From Alphaproteobacteria bacterium (GTDB taxonomy: Bacteria > Pseudomonadota > Alphaproteobacteria > SHVV01), in NCBI GenBank assembly GCA_965261735.1, contig OZ253470.1, forward strand, positions 2,848,001 to 2,912,000: a stretch of 64,000 bases of DNA, in the 5' to 3' direction. Made by a program: the position numbers and the translations under genes. The first letter of the stretch is position 1; each line of letters opens with the position of its first letter. The notes under the pieces were generated by a model. It was not told the DNA's origin and did no database searches. It worked only from the letters and a program-made list of their open reading frames with translations. Of the stretch, positions 55,628 to 64,000 are shown piece after piece.

Positions 55628-56650
55628 ATGGAACAGGTTCACATGATCGGGATCGATCTGGCGAAGAACAGCTTTCAGCTGCACGGTGCGCGGGCGGATG
55701 GGTCGGTTGCGTTCCGCAAGAAGCTGAGCCGGGCGAAGCTGTTGGACTTTGTGGCTGCGCAGCCACGCTGCACGGTGGCGATGGAGGCGTGCGGCGGCGC
55801 GCACCATTGGGGCCGGGAGATCGGCAGTCTCGGCCATGCGGTGCGACTGGTCCCACCGATCTACGTCAAAGCGTACGTCAAGCGGCAAAAGAACGACGCG
55901 TCGGATGCGGAGGCGATCTGCGAGGCGTCGTCGCGGCCGACCATGCGCTTTGTGGCTGTGAAGACGGAGGAACAGCAGGCTCGGGGCATGCTGTTCCGGA
56001 CGCGCGATCTTCTGGTGCGCCAGCGCACCCAGACGATTAATGCGCTGCGCGGCCATCTGGCGGAGTTCGGTGTCATTGCCCCGCAGGGGCCGGCTCATGT
56101 CGGCCGGCTGGCCTCGGCGCTTGAGGGACCGGCTTCGAGGTTGCCGGAAGCGGTCCGCGAGCTGGCCGGCCTTCTGCTTGAGCAGATCGCCGGCCTCGAT
56201 GCGAAGATTGCGGGCCTGGAGAGGGAGGTCCACGTGAGAGCACGGCAGGATGAGGAGGCGAGGCGCCTGATGAGCGTGCCGGGGATCGGGCCGATCAGCG
56301 CGATGGCAATCCAGGCCTTCGCACCGCCGATGGAGAGTTTCCGGCGCGGCCGCGACTTCTCCGCTTGGCTCGGCCTCGTGCCGCGCCAGCACACGACCGG
56401 CGGCAAGCCGAAGCTGGGCAAGATATCGAAGATGGGCCAGCGCGATCTGAGACGGCTGCTGATCACAGGCGCGATGACTGTGGTCCGCTGGGCGGTTCGG
56501 CGCGGCGTGACGACGGACCCCTGGCTGGCCGGGATGCTGGCGCGCAAGCCGAGGATGCTCGTCGCGGTGGCGCTGGCCAACAGGATGGCGCGCATCGTCT
56601 GGGCGCTACTGACGAAGAAGGAGAGCTACCGGGCTCCCGCCACCGCCTGA
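55628..56650 (+). CDS. IS110-family DEDD recombinase/transposase
   Basis: IGIDLAK, MEACG, KNDASDAEAI, VPGIG, AWLGLVPRQHTTGGK, VALANRMARI. Confidence 0.96.
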   Translation: MEQVHMIGIDLAKNSFQLHGARADGSVAFRKKLSRAKLLDFVAAQPRCTVAMEACGGAHHWGREIGSLGHAVRLVPPIYVKAYVKRQKNDASDAEAICEASSRPTMRFVAVKTEEQQARGMLFRTRDLLVRQRTQTINALRGHLAEFGVIAPQGPAHVGRLASALEGPASRLPEAVRELAGLLLEQIAGLDAKIAGLEREVHVRARQDEEARRLMSVPGIGPISAMAIQAFAPPMESFRRGRDFSAWLGLVPRQHTTGGKPKLGKISKMGQRDLRRLLITGAMTVVRWAVRRGVTTDPWLAGMLARKPRMLVAVALANRMARIVWALLTKKESYRAPATA

Positions 56651-56689
56651 GAGAACGGCGAAGTGCGGGAAGCCGTCGGGGATGTGGGC

Positions 56690-56870
56690 ACGACGGAGGA
56701 CAGGTAAGGGCAAAGGTCAACGAGACCGGGTTGGGAAAACCAGCATCCGAACGGAGAGCTTTCAAGCTCGCGTAACCGATTTGGACCCAATCCGCGTATC
56801 TCCATACGGGCCCGCGGCGTGTCATCTGCCGCATAGAGAGGCCGGACACACGACAGCACCTGACCGCATG
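56690..56870 (+). ncRNA. Candidate bridge RNA / seekRNA (boundaries approximate)
   Basis: Two stem-loop modules in the IS 3' end, with loop segments matching the target site (CGAACG, AACCG) and the donor end (ACACACG). Confidence 0.7.
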
Positions 56871-57541
56871 CACCGAGCCGACCAAAAACTGCTTGCATCA
56901 ACGGGGGCGTCCACACACGTTCGATGGCGTGGTGTGGCGGGTTAGTTGGACAAACCGGGATCCCTTGGCTGGTGGAACCGGCGGTGGTCGATGGCACCCC
57001 CCGAACGACTTCGAAGCGCTGTACACAAGCTTGGACGAAAACGGGGCGCTGGCCGAAATCTACTACCACCTCTCCAAGGCTCCGGTGTTCTCGTCATCGA
57101 ACGTCACCATAAACAAGCTGCACGTGCGCGCGGAGCGGACCCTGGTGTTCGACGATATCGAGGCCCTTACGCAGGTTGGCGTCGACGAAGAAGCGTTCCG
57201 CAGAGGCGACCACTCACGGACCCAAGCAGTTGGCGCCGCGGCTCGTTTCCTGGACATGGAGGGCCTGATCGTGCTGAGTGCCAGATGGTCATGTGCCAAT
57301 CTGATCCTTTTCCTGGACCGCATGCCTGATCTTGAAGCACTGGAGGTGTTGTCAACGAAGGACGTGAACTGGCCAGCATGGCGTGAGAATACGGCGACCG
57401 CCGATTGAAGACGACCAGCGACCAGAAACCGAATGAGACGGGGCGCGGACGGTTCTAACATTGGGACTTATACCTGCTACTTGACAAGATCGCTTTCCCT
57501 TGACCCACCACGCCCGGCGGGCGTCGGGTGCGGCGACGGTA

Positions 57542-57970
57542 TTACGTAATCCCCATCCCTATCGCCGTTTCGGGTTCGTTATCATCTTGGCGCTGCATGG
57601 GCACAAGCCGGTAACGGCCACGCGGCCCAGTCTGCTCAAAACGTCTAGAGCCGGACAAGGTTTGGTAGAGTTGGAGCGAAATATCTCTCGGCTCACCTCT
57701 CAGCAATCCGGCGTCGATAAGCACGGGCCTCACCTGATAGGTGCTTAACTCGCCATCGTTGCGCTCCGCAAACGCTACCAGCGCATCTTCCAAGGGCAAG
57801 CTGGACAGGTTGATTTCCGGTATCGCCGCATCATCACCGCATTCTGCAAGTACCAATCGGAAAGCAGCGATCCTTTCTTCGACGCTGGCGGCGCGTTCCA
57901 GAAGGTCTTCATGCTCTTGCGTCAATTCGTCGAGCCTGTGTTCCACATTCACTATAGTGATTGTCGTCAT
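57542..57970 (-). CDS. Hypothetical protein (N-terminal coiled coil, possible C-terminal winged helix)
   Basis: RBS GGAGGAG; heptad-like RLDELTQEHEDLLERAASVEERI; RFEQTGPRGRYRL hairpin. Confidence 0.6.
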   Translation of the reverse strand: MTTITIVNVEHRLDELTQEHEDLLERAASVEERIAAFRLVLAECGDDAAIPEINLSSLPLEDALVAFAERNDGELSTYQVRPVLIDAGLLRGEPRDISLQLYQTLSGSRRFEQTGPRGRYRLVPMQRQDDNEPETAIGMGIT

Positions 57971-58035
57971 CTCTCCTCCGTGCGTTTAGGGGTTGACACC
58001 TGATACACGCACGGCAAGGTAACCATGCGGGTTGG

Positions 58036-58103
58036 TGGCGGAGGCAGTGGGATTCGAACCCACGGAACGCTGGTCCCCCCTCAAGGGTACAGCGTTCAAC
58101 GGC
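58036..58103 (-). tRNA. 3' part of a tRNA-Ser-like gene with extended variable arm
   Basis: AACGCTG..CAGCGTT hairpin, CC linker, GTGGG-TTCGAAT-CCCAC T arm, TGCCTCC-G-CCA; no canonical D arm or anticodon arm upstream. Confidence 0.7.
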
Positions 58104-58252
58104 CCCTATCATTGCATCAAAATCAGGTTGATAACGCGGGCAGAAGCCTATGCCTTCGCCGTGCTAGAGGCGGGGGTTGTCAAGTAGCAGGTATAAGTCC
58201 CCTAACATTCTGGGGCGCGTGAGAGAATCTACCCGGTTCCGGAACCCCCGCT

Positions 58253-58629
58253 ATGAAGGACAAGCGTCCCCCGCCCGAGCTTGTTGGCGCCGAAGCCGAG
58301 ATCAGAGACTTCGCGCTGCGCTTCCCCGAAGCGACCGAGGACACGCCGTGGGGTGAGCGCGCGATCAAGGTCAGAGGCAAGACATTCGTCTTCATGGGCG
58401 GCGGCGAGGGGAGCGCGTTCGTGATGAGCGTGAAGCTTCCGGCGTCGAAGGCGTTCGCGCTCGAGTATCCGTTTACATCACCGACCCACTACGGGATGGG
58501 CAAGCACGGCTGGGTCACGGCGCGCTTTGAGCCGGGCGAGGACCTGCCCGACGACCTCCTGTGCGTTTGGATCACGGAGAGCGATCGCGCGGTGGCCCCA
58601 AGCGGCTCGCCGCGGCCCTCACGCGATAA
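58253..58629 (+). CDS. MmcQ/YjbR family protein, probable frameshift near the C-terminus
   Basis: PEATEDTPWGE, KVRGKTF, YGMGKHGWV; the expected tail APKRLAA*(58629) lies in another frame. Confidence 0.82.
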
Positions 58630-58707
58630 GGGTCGATCAAGGAATCTCGAGGCGAAACACCTCGATCGGCTCTTGCCGGCCCCGTAGGGTGCGCTGACCT
58701 AGGGGGA

Positions 58708-58775
58708 CGAGCCTTACTCGGGAGAGTGGCGGCACCCTACATGTAGCGGTCATGGACGTTAACCGGATAGGCAAG
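58708..58775 (+). mobile_element. Solo terminal remnant of the IS1595 element, opposite orientation
   Basis: TTACTCGGGAGAGTGGCGGCACCCTACATGTAGCGGTCATGGACGTTAACCGGATAGGCAAG matches the transposase 3' end and IR. Confidence 0.92.
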
Positions 58776-58821
58776 GGCCCTACACCCTGGTAACCCCGCT
58801 GAAATCGGAGAGAAGGTGCAG

Positions 58822-59000
58822 TGTCTCCTTTTGGCTAGGAGGCGAAGTTGGGACCAAGTCGCCGGTACGGCTGCTCTATCCGCGAAAGCCGACCTTCGAG
58901 CGGCAACGCCCGCTTTGCCCCCATTTCGACTGTTTCACCTGAGGGAGCAGACGGTCCTGTCGATCCACCCGGTCGTCCGCCCCTGATTCTTTCCGGACTT
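58822..59000 (+). repeat. ~180-bp non-coding repeat, copy A
   Basis: Aligns colinearly with 63153-63333 (TGGCTA.GAGGCGAAGTT.GGACCA.GTCGCCG, CGAAAGC.GAC.TTCGAGCG.CAACG.CCGCTT.GCCCCC, TTCACCT.AGGGAGC.GAC). Confidence 0.85.
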
Positions 59001-59045
59001 CCCGGGCGCTGCGCGTACACGGTCACAGGGGCCGCGCGGGGCTGG

Positions 59046-59549
59046 CTACAGCGGGGTCGAGATCATGTTGGGGACGGCGTAGGTGTCGATGAGGACGGTC
59101 TTCTCCTTGAACTTCGGCGCCCCGTCCACGAACACCACCTTGTCTTCGTACTTACCAGCGCTGAACAGCTGGGTCTCGCCCTCGGCATCGGTCTGATAGA
59201 CGACGAAGCTCGACCACACGCGGTAGGCACCCTCCGCCTCACGGGCCAGCCGGATGTTGCTCACCAGGTGGCGGTCGAAATGCAGGTTGTAGACGAGGGC
59301 CTCGCGCAGCACGAGCACTCGATCGCGCAGCATGTCCTTGTTGTCGAAGTAGAGGATCGGGAGCGAGAGGCCCTGATCGGTATTCTCGCGCGGGACGATC
59401 TTGTAGCAGCAGTCCTCGACGAAGAAGTCGGGCCACTCCTCGAGCCGGTCGTCGTCTATACAGTGGGCGTAGTCGTAAAGAAGGCCCGTGATCTGCTGGA
59501 CGATGCGGCCGTCGATGATTTCCGCTTTTCGGCTCACGCCGGGCGCCAC
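59046..59549 (-). CDS. Aromatic ring-hydroxylating oxygenase beta subunit
   Basis: YAHCIDDDRLEEWPDFF, YKIVPREN, MLRDRV, GKYED. Confidence 0.93.
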   Translation of the reverse strand: MAPGVSRKAEIIDGRIVQQITGLLYDYAHCIDDDRLEEWPDFFVEDCCYKIVPRENTDQGLSLPILYFDNKDMLRDRVLVLREALVYNLHFDRHLVSNIRLAREAEGAYRVWSSFVVYQTDAEGETQLFSAGKYEDKVVFVDGAPKFKEKTVLIDTYAVPNMISTPL

Positions 59550-60808
59550 ACCGATCCGTCCTGCGCCGGAAACCCCATCAGGTGGCAGTAAAATCGCCAG
59601 AACCCGCGCACCGGCACCTCGGTCAAGGGCGTGTCCTGATTCTCGATCGCGCCCGTGCCGCCCATCTCGATGACCGAGTGGCGCTCCTTCTCGCGGCCGA
59701 GCACGCGCTGGATGAGCGCCCCTGCCTCACCATCCTCGATCGAGACATACCCCGCCGGACCGATCAGATTGACCTGCTTGAGGCGCAGGGCGCGCAACGC
59801 CGCATCGTCGTCGGCATAGCCGAAACAGGTCCAGTAGAGCTCGAACTCGTTGGGCCCGCGCGGCCGTATCTGGCGTGTCGCCAGCGTGTTCGACAGGCGC
59901 TGGAAGAGGACGCTCGGAAACAGGGCCATCATCATGATGGCTCGCCCGTCGCCGGTCTCGTCGCGGAATTCCAAGAGGCTCGGATCGGCGAGCGACATTG
60001 ACTCATGAAAGACGCCGAGGTCCTTCAGGTCCTGGTTGCCGTCCGAGGCCGCATCGTCGCTGCCGAACTGGGTGTAGACCACGCGGTGGCGGCGCCACTT
60101 GTCCATCAGCGACTCGCCCTTCTGCGTCGTGCGCATGATCCCAAAGGTGGTCTGGAACTGGTGCAGCAGCCCGGCATGGTAGGAGTCCATGAGGTTCTCG
60201 AAGTAGAACTTCCAGTTGCCGGGAATGCGCTGGCGCCAATAGCCGAGGATCTCGATCGGTTTGCCGAGCAAGAGGTCGAGATAGTCTCGGTTGGCCTCGT
60301 CGAGAAAGTCCTCGAGCGGCTCGACGTCGTCGCGAAAGGAGCCGAAGATCGCGCCCCGATAGCTCGCCACCTTGAGCGTCCGTAGGCCGTGATCCTCTTT
60401 CCTAAAGTTTTCCGGCATGCCGCCTTTACCGGCGACGCCGCGCTGGAAGGGCACGCCGATCAGCTTGCCCGTGAGATCGTAGCACCAATGGTGGTAGATG
60501 CAGGTGTGATCGGTCGCGTTGCCGCGCAGCTTGCGCACCACCATGGTGCCGCGATGGGCGCAGCGGTTGACGAAGGCATGGAGGGTGCCGTCAGTGGCGC
60601 GGCTGACGACCACGGGCGTCTCGCCCACGTAGGTCGACCGAAAGTCGCCGGGTTTGGGAAGCTCGGCCTCGAGGGCGAGATAGCACCACACGGGGCCCTG
60701 AAAGATCCGCTCCTGCTCGCGCGCGTACACGTCGGGGTCGTTGAAGACGAGGTAGGGAACGCGGCTGTAGTCCGACGCCGGCCACGTGAGGTCGTTCATG
60801 TCGCCCAT
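59534..60808 (-). CDS. Aromatic ring-hydroxylating oxygenase alpha subunit (salicylate 5-hydroxylase/AndAc/TphA group)
   Basis: SRVPY, EQERIFQGPVW, NRCAHRG..CIYHHW, DSYHAGLLH, NLIGPAGYVSIEDGE. Confidence 0.92.
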   Translation of the reverse strand: MGDMNDLTWPASDYSRVPYLVFNDPDVYAREQERIFQGPVWCYLALEAELPKPGDFRSTYVGETPVVVSRATDGTLHAFVNRCAHRGTMVVRKLRGNATDHTCIYHHWCYDLTGKLIGVPFQRGVAGKGGMPENFRKEDHGLRTLKVASYRGAIFGSFRDDVEPLEDFLDEANRDYLDLLLGKPIEILGYWRQRIPGNWKFYFENLMDSYHAGLLHQFQTTFGIMRTTQKGESLMDKWRRHRVVYTQFGSDDAASDGNQDLKDLGVFHESMSLADPSLLEFRDETGDGRAIMMMALFPSVLFQRLSNTLATRQIRPRGPNEFELYWTCFGYADDDAALRALRLKQVNLIGPAGYVSIEDGEAGALIQRVLGREKERHSVIEMGGTGAIENQDTPLTEVPVRGFWRFYCHLMGFPAQDGSVWRPA

Positions 60809-60872
60809 GGAGCTACGACAAAGAAGAAGGGTTCCTTCTCGGCCCGATACCCTATCACGCCACACCGTCGCG

Positions 60873-61718
60873 CTACGGCTTTTTGCTCCGGGCCAGGAAG
60901 TACCAGGGGATAACCAGCCGCTCCACGAGGCCGACGAGCAGGAACAGCGCGATCGCCATGGTCGCGAGATAGAAGATCGCGGCGAAGATGTCGCCCGTAA
61001 GAAACGCCGAATTGGCCGACATGATGACGGGCCCCAACCCCTTGTCGGCGCCGACCCACTCGCCGACGATGGCGCCGATCGCGCTTGCCGCCGCGGCCAG
61101 CCGCAGGCCCGAGAAAATGTGAGGCAACGCGGCCGGAAACTGCACCTTGAAGAAGACCTGCCGCCGCTTGGCACCGAGAGACTCCATCAGATTGAGCGCC
61201 TCGCTCTCGACCGAGGCGTAGCCCGCCATCGAGTTGACCACCAGCGGGAAGAAGCACAGGAGCGCGGTCACCAGGACCTTGGGCAGCATGCCGAAGCCGA
61301 ACCAGATGATGAGTATCGGCGCGATGGCAATGACTGGGACGGCCTGCGAGGCGACGACGAACGGCAGCAGCCCGCGGCGCAGAACGCTGGAAAAGAAGAT
61401 CGCCGTGCCCAAGGAGAAGCCCGTAGCGACGCCGAGCGCAAAGCCGGCGAGGATCTCCTGGAGCGTGACCCAGGCATTGGGGAGGAAGGTGTCGCCGGCT
61501 TTGACGATACCGATCTCGACGATCTTGCTGAGCGGCGGCAGGATGTAATCGGGCATGCCCGTGACGATCACGAACAGCTCCCAAAAGGCGATTCCGGTCG
61601 TGACCAGTAGCGCCGCCGGCCAGATCGCGTGAACCCGCGCGCGGAGCTTGGCTGCTCGAGCAGGCGTCGCACCGCCCGGGTGCGCGGCCATGCGCGCCGG
61701 GCGCCCGGCGGCGGTCAT
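60873..61718 (-). CDS. ABC transporter permease (SsuC/TauC type)
   Basis: QAVPVIAIAP, WFGFG, FFPLVVN, ALPHIFSGLR, GAIVGEW..GLG. Confidence 0.93.
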   Translation of the reverse strand: MTAAGRPARMAAHPGGATPARAAKLRARVHAIWPAALLVTTGIAFWELFVIVTGMPDYILPPLSKIVEIGIVKAGDTFLPNAWVTLQEILAGFALGVATGFSLGTAIFFSSVLRRGLLPFVVASQAVPVIAIAPILIIWFGFGMLPKVLVTALLCFFPLVVNSMAGYASVESEALNLMESLGAKRRQVFFKVQFPAALPHIFSGLRLAAAASAIGAIVGEWVGADKGLGPVIMSANSAFLTGDIFAAIFYLATMAIALFLLVGLVERLVIPWYFLARSKKP

Positions 61719-61795
61719 GTCGGCCTCATGGGTGTTCCCGGCGTCGCCGCGGGTGGACCACGATCAGGTTCCACCCGTGGCGATACCGGTTGCGC

Positions 61796-62827
61796 CTACT
61801 GTTTCGGCAGGTAGGCGTTCGTGAAGTAGTCCGACGCCGGCCCGACGGGCGCGTTGACGAGCTTGCGCTTGAGCGCCCAATCCTGGGCCGCTTGCCAAGT
61901 GTCCATGTCCTGGAGCAAATATTTCCCGCCCTTGCCCGGGTATAGATCCTTGTGGCCGTTCCACTTGGCCCAGTTCTCGTCCATCGTCAGCGCGCCCGGA
62001 CGCGCCTTGGTGATGAAATCGATGGTCTCGTCGGGCCTGGCCAACACCGACTTCATGCCCTTCAGGGTGGCCTTGAGGAACCGGCACGCCGTTTGCGAAT
62101 TGTCCTGCAGCCAGTCGCGGTTCGCCGCCAGCAGGGTGTAGTAGAACGGCGGCACGCCGTAATCCTTGTACAGGAGGATCTTAGCCGCCGGCTTGCCCTC
62201 TTTCTTGAGACGAGCCGAGAGCGTCAGCTGCTCGCTGAAGGTGAGCGCATGCGAGGCATCGATCTTGCGGGCCATGAGCAGGGCGAGGCCCGCGAAACCG
62301 GGATCCACGACCTTCACGTCTTTGCGCTTCAGCCCCCCGGCCTCGAGCACGGAGGAGAGATAGGCCTGGGCATCGCGTTTGGTCCCGACGCCGAGAATCT
62401 TGCCGCGCAGATCAGCGGCGGTCTTGATGTCCTGGTCGGGCATGAACAACAGGCCCGAGCTGAGCTCCTGCAGCATGATTGCCACTGAAACCACCGGGAT
62501 TGTCAGCTCCTGCGAGATCATGATCTCGGGCACGTAGGTGATGCTGAAGTTCACCCGCTTCATGGCCACGAGCTTGATCGGGTCGGCCGGGTTTGCCGGC
62601 GCGATCAGCTCGACCTCGAGACCCTCGTCTTTGTAGAAGCCCTTGTGCTTGGCCTCCCAGAGCGGGGCCTGCTGGGTCACCGGGAGCCAGTCGTTCATGA
62701 CGACAACTTTGGTGCTCTCGGGCGGGCCTCCGGTGCAGGCGGAACCGACGGTGTCCGCCGTGACCGGACCGGCCCATAGAGTCAGCGCCGTGGCTGCCGC
62801 AATGGCGTAAAGCTTGCGCAGAATCAT
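61796..62827 (-). CDS. ABC substrate-binding protein, NMT1/THI5-like
   Basis: Signal peptide; NDWLP, KGFYKDEGLEVEL, DLRGK, YGVPPFY, FTNAYLP. Confidence 0.9.
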   Translation of the reverse strand: MILRKLYAIAAATALTLWAGPVTADTVGSACTGGPPESTKVVVMNDWLPVTQQAPLWEAKHKGFYKDEGLEVELIAPANPADPIKLVAMKRVNFSITYVPEIMISQELTIPVVSVAIMLQELSSGLLFMPDQDIKTAADLRGKILGVGTKRDAQAYLSSVLEAGGLKRKDVKVVDPGFAGLALLMARKIDASHALTFSEQLTLSARLKKEGKPAAKILLYKDYGVPPFYYTLLAANRDWLQDNSQTACRFLKATLKGMKSVLARPDETIDFITKARPGALTMDENWAKWNGHKDLYPGKGGKYLLQDMDTWQAAQDWALKRKLVNAPVGPASDYFTNAYLPKQ

Positions 62828-63152
62828 TGGGTATCCTCCTCATCGAATGAGCCGCTGGTTTGCCGGACCGCCAGCGGGCGTGATCGACGCGCCCGCAAGC
62901 CTACCGGGTGTCTCGTCGCCCTGCGGCCTCGACTCCTGTGGCAGATCGGCTCGACGTCGACCCTTGCCGCCCAATACGACCGGGCCGCAGGAGCCTTGTC
63001 AACACTCGTACGGAAAGGAGTGCCGGCAACGCCGCGACCGGACCTGCCCTCGTGTTAGCTGCGCACACGCGGCCGGAAGCGCCTTCTGATCGACCAGCGG
63101 CCCCCGAAAGCGATACTCGCTATTGAAGTCGACCCGCGCCCGATGCCGGTTT

Positions 63153-63333
63153 TGTCTGCTTCTGGCTACGAGGCGAAGTTTGGACCAGGTCGCCGATACG
63201 ACCGATCTACCCCCGAAAGCAGACTTTCGAGCGACAACGTCCGCTTCGCCCCCCACTTCGTCTGCTTCACCTTAGGGAGCGGACCTGACCGGCGGTTCCG
63301 CCGTTCGTCTGATCCTGACCCAACTCGGACATT
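63153..63333 (+). repeat. ~180-bp non-coding repeat, copy B
   Basis: Direct repeat of 58822-59000; begins TGTCTGCTTCTGGC and ends TGACCCAACTCGGACAT. Confidence 0.85.
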
Positions 63334-63634
63334 GGTGCCTGACTTGACGCACGCGGCAGGCTTTAGGGACCCACAACTCGCCGTAGGTAGACGCGGTAGA
63401 GCACAGACGTAGTCAGCAGCACCGGTTTTCAAAGACGGCCTTTATTGCGGCGCTCAGAAACCCCCGCCAAAACCAACTGCGTTAAACCTACTGCGGACGA
63501 AGAGGGCCCCATTAGAAATTACAATTCTTTCGGATGGTCTCCTCGACCGGAACACCTCCAACTACGACTCCCTTCTCCAACGCGAAGCCACGGACGCCCG
63601 ACACGGTGCCGAACAGTTCGCGCGTCGCCCGCGA

Positions 63635-64000
63635 TCACCGGTCGCTCGTGAGGAGGTTCATTGCCCGCGCAAGCAGGCTCATGAGCCGTGCGCCTCGAGC
63701 CGGATCGTCGGCCGTCAGCGTGACGTGCTCGGCGCCGAATTCCTCCAAAGTGATGACCCCGTCCGCGACGGCCATCATCGGTTCATAGGCGGTTGTCAGT
63801 ACGACGTCGGGCGCATCGGGCGCACCGACATGGACGTGGACCGCGCCGTCGCGCACGCTGAGCGTAAAGGGCTCGCCGTCGACCACCAACCCGGCCGTCA
63901 CCTCGTCCTCCGGCGTCATCACGCGCTGGCAGGCCGTCTGTAGCGTCACGGCGATCGTGCGCAGATTGACCGGTGGGCGCGTTTCCTCATCCGGTGGAAA
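63635..64000 (-). CDS. C-terminal part of a protein with an SCP2-like domain (possibly HxlR-SCP2 regulator), 5' end outside window
   Basis: Frame open to the window end; VDGEPFTLSVRDGAVHVHVGAPDAPDVVLT pattern. Confidence 0.6.
   Translation of the reverse strand, partial: FPPDEETRPPVNLRTIAVTLQTACQRVMTPEDEVTAGLVVDGEPFTLSVRDGAVHVHVGAPDAPDVVLTTAYEPMMAVADGVITLEEFGAEHVTLTADDPARGARLMSLLARAMNLLTSDR

Larger units (their letters stand above)
55546..56919 (+). mobile_element. IS110-family, IS1111-type element
   Basis: Subterminal IRs TGGACGCCCC / GGGGCGTCCA; CG core on both sides; long 3' non-coding end. Confidence 0.93.
55480..57408 (+). pseudogene. RES-domain toxin interrupted by an IS110 element
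   Basis: 55480-55545 (MSDARVHDPDLLDALEALEPQP) rejoins in frame with 56920-57408 (FDGVVWR..GGRW..LYTS..ALAE..TQAVG..GLIVLSAR..NLILF). Confidence 0.9.

Noticed and set aside
63380-63440. GGTAGAC and TTCAAA motifs suggesting tRNA-Sec or tRNA-Leu
   Set aside because: No T arm, acceptor stem or CCA, and the anticodon stem pairs poorly.

Overview
High-GC bacterial chromosome segment, Alphaproteobacteria-like (inferred from gene content and intergenic repeats). Housekeeping and envelope genes (purH, gdhA, a dead large NAD-GDH, WecA/CapD/GT4 genes, an atypical purM, a CopA-type ATPase, ettA) are mixed with an expanded oxidative catabolic set: three near-paralogous LLM oxidoreductases, five Rieske oxygenase alpha subunits plus one beta subunit, TauD, an amidohydrolase, four tandem EamA transporters and orphan ABC components. 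Mobile DNA comprises three IS1595-family copies plus one end remnant, one IS256, one IS1111-type IS110 element and two 5'-truncated tRNA genes. Best signals not shown by the ORF track: (1) a three-gene operon of an uncharacterised ~430-aa protein, an Xre/MbcA antitoxin and a RES toxin, whose promoter and operator can be rebuilt by removing an IS and in which only the antitoxin is intact; (2) a BCP peroxiredoxin with an in-frame UGA at the catalytic Cys followed by a SECIS-like hairpin; (3) a bridge/seekRNA-like region in the IS1111 element with guide segments matching its own target and donor sites; (4) a ~180-bp direct repeat bracketing a catabolic operon. All calls come from reading the sequence; no searches were run.
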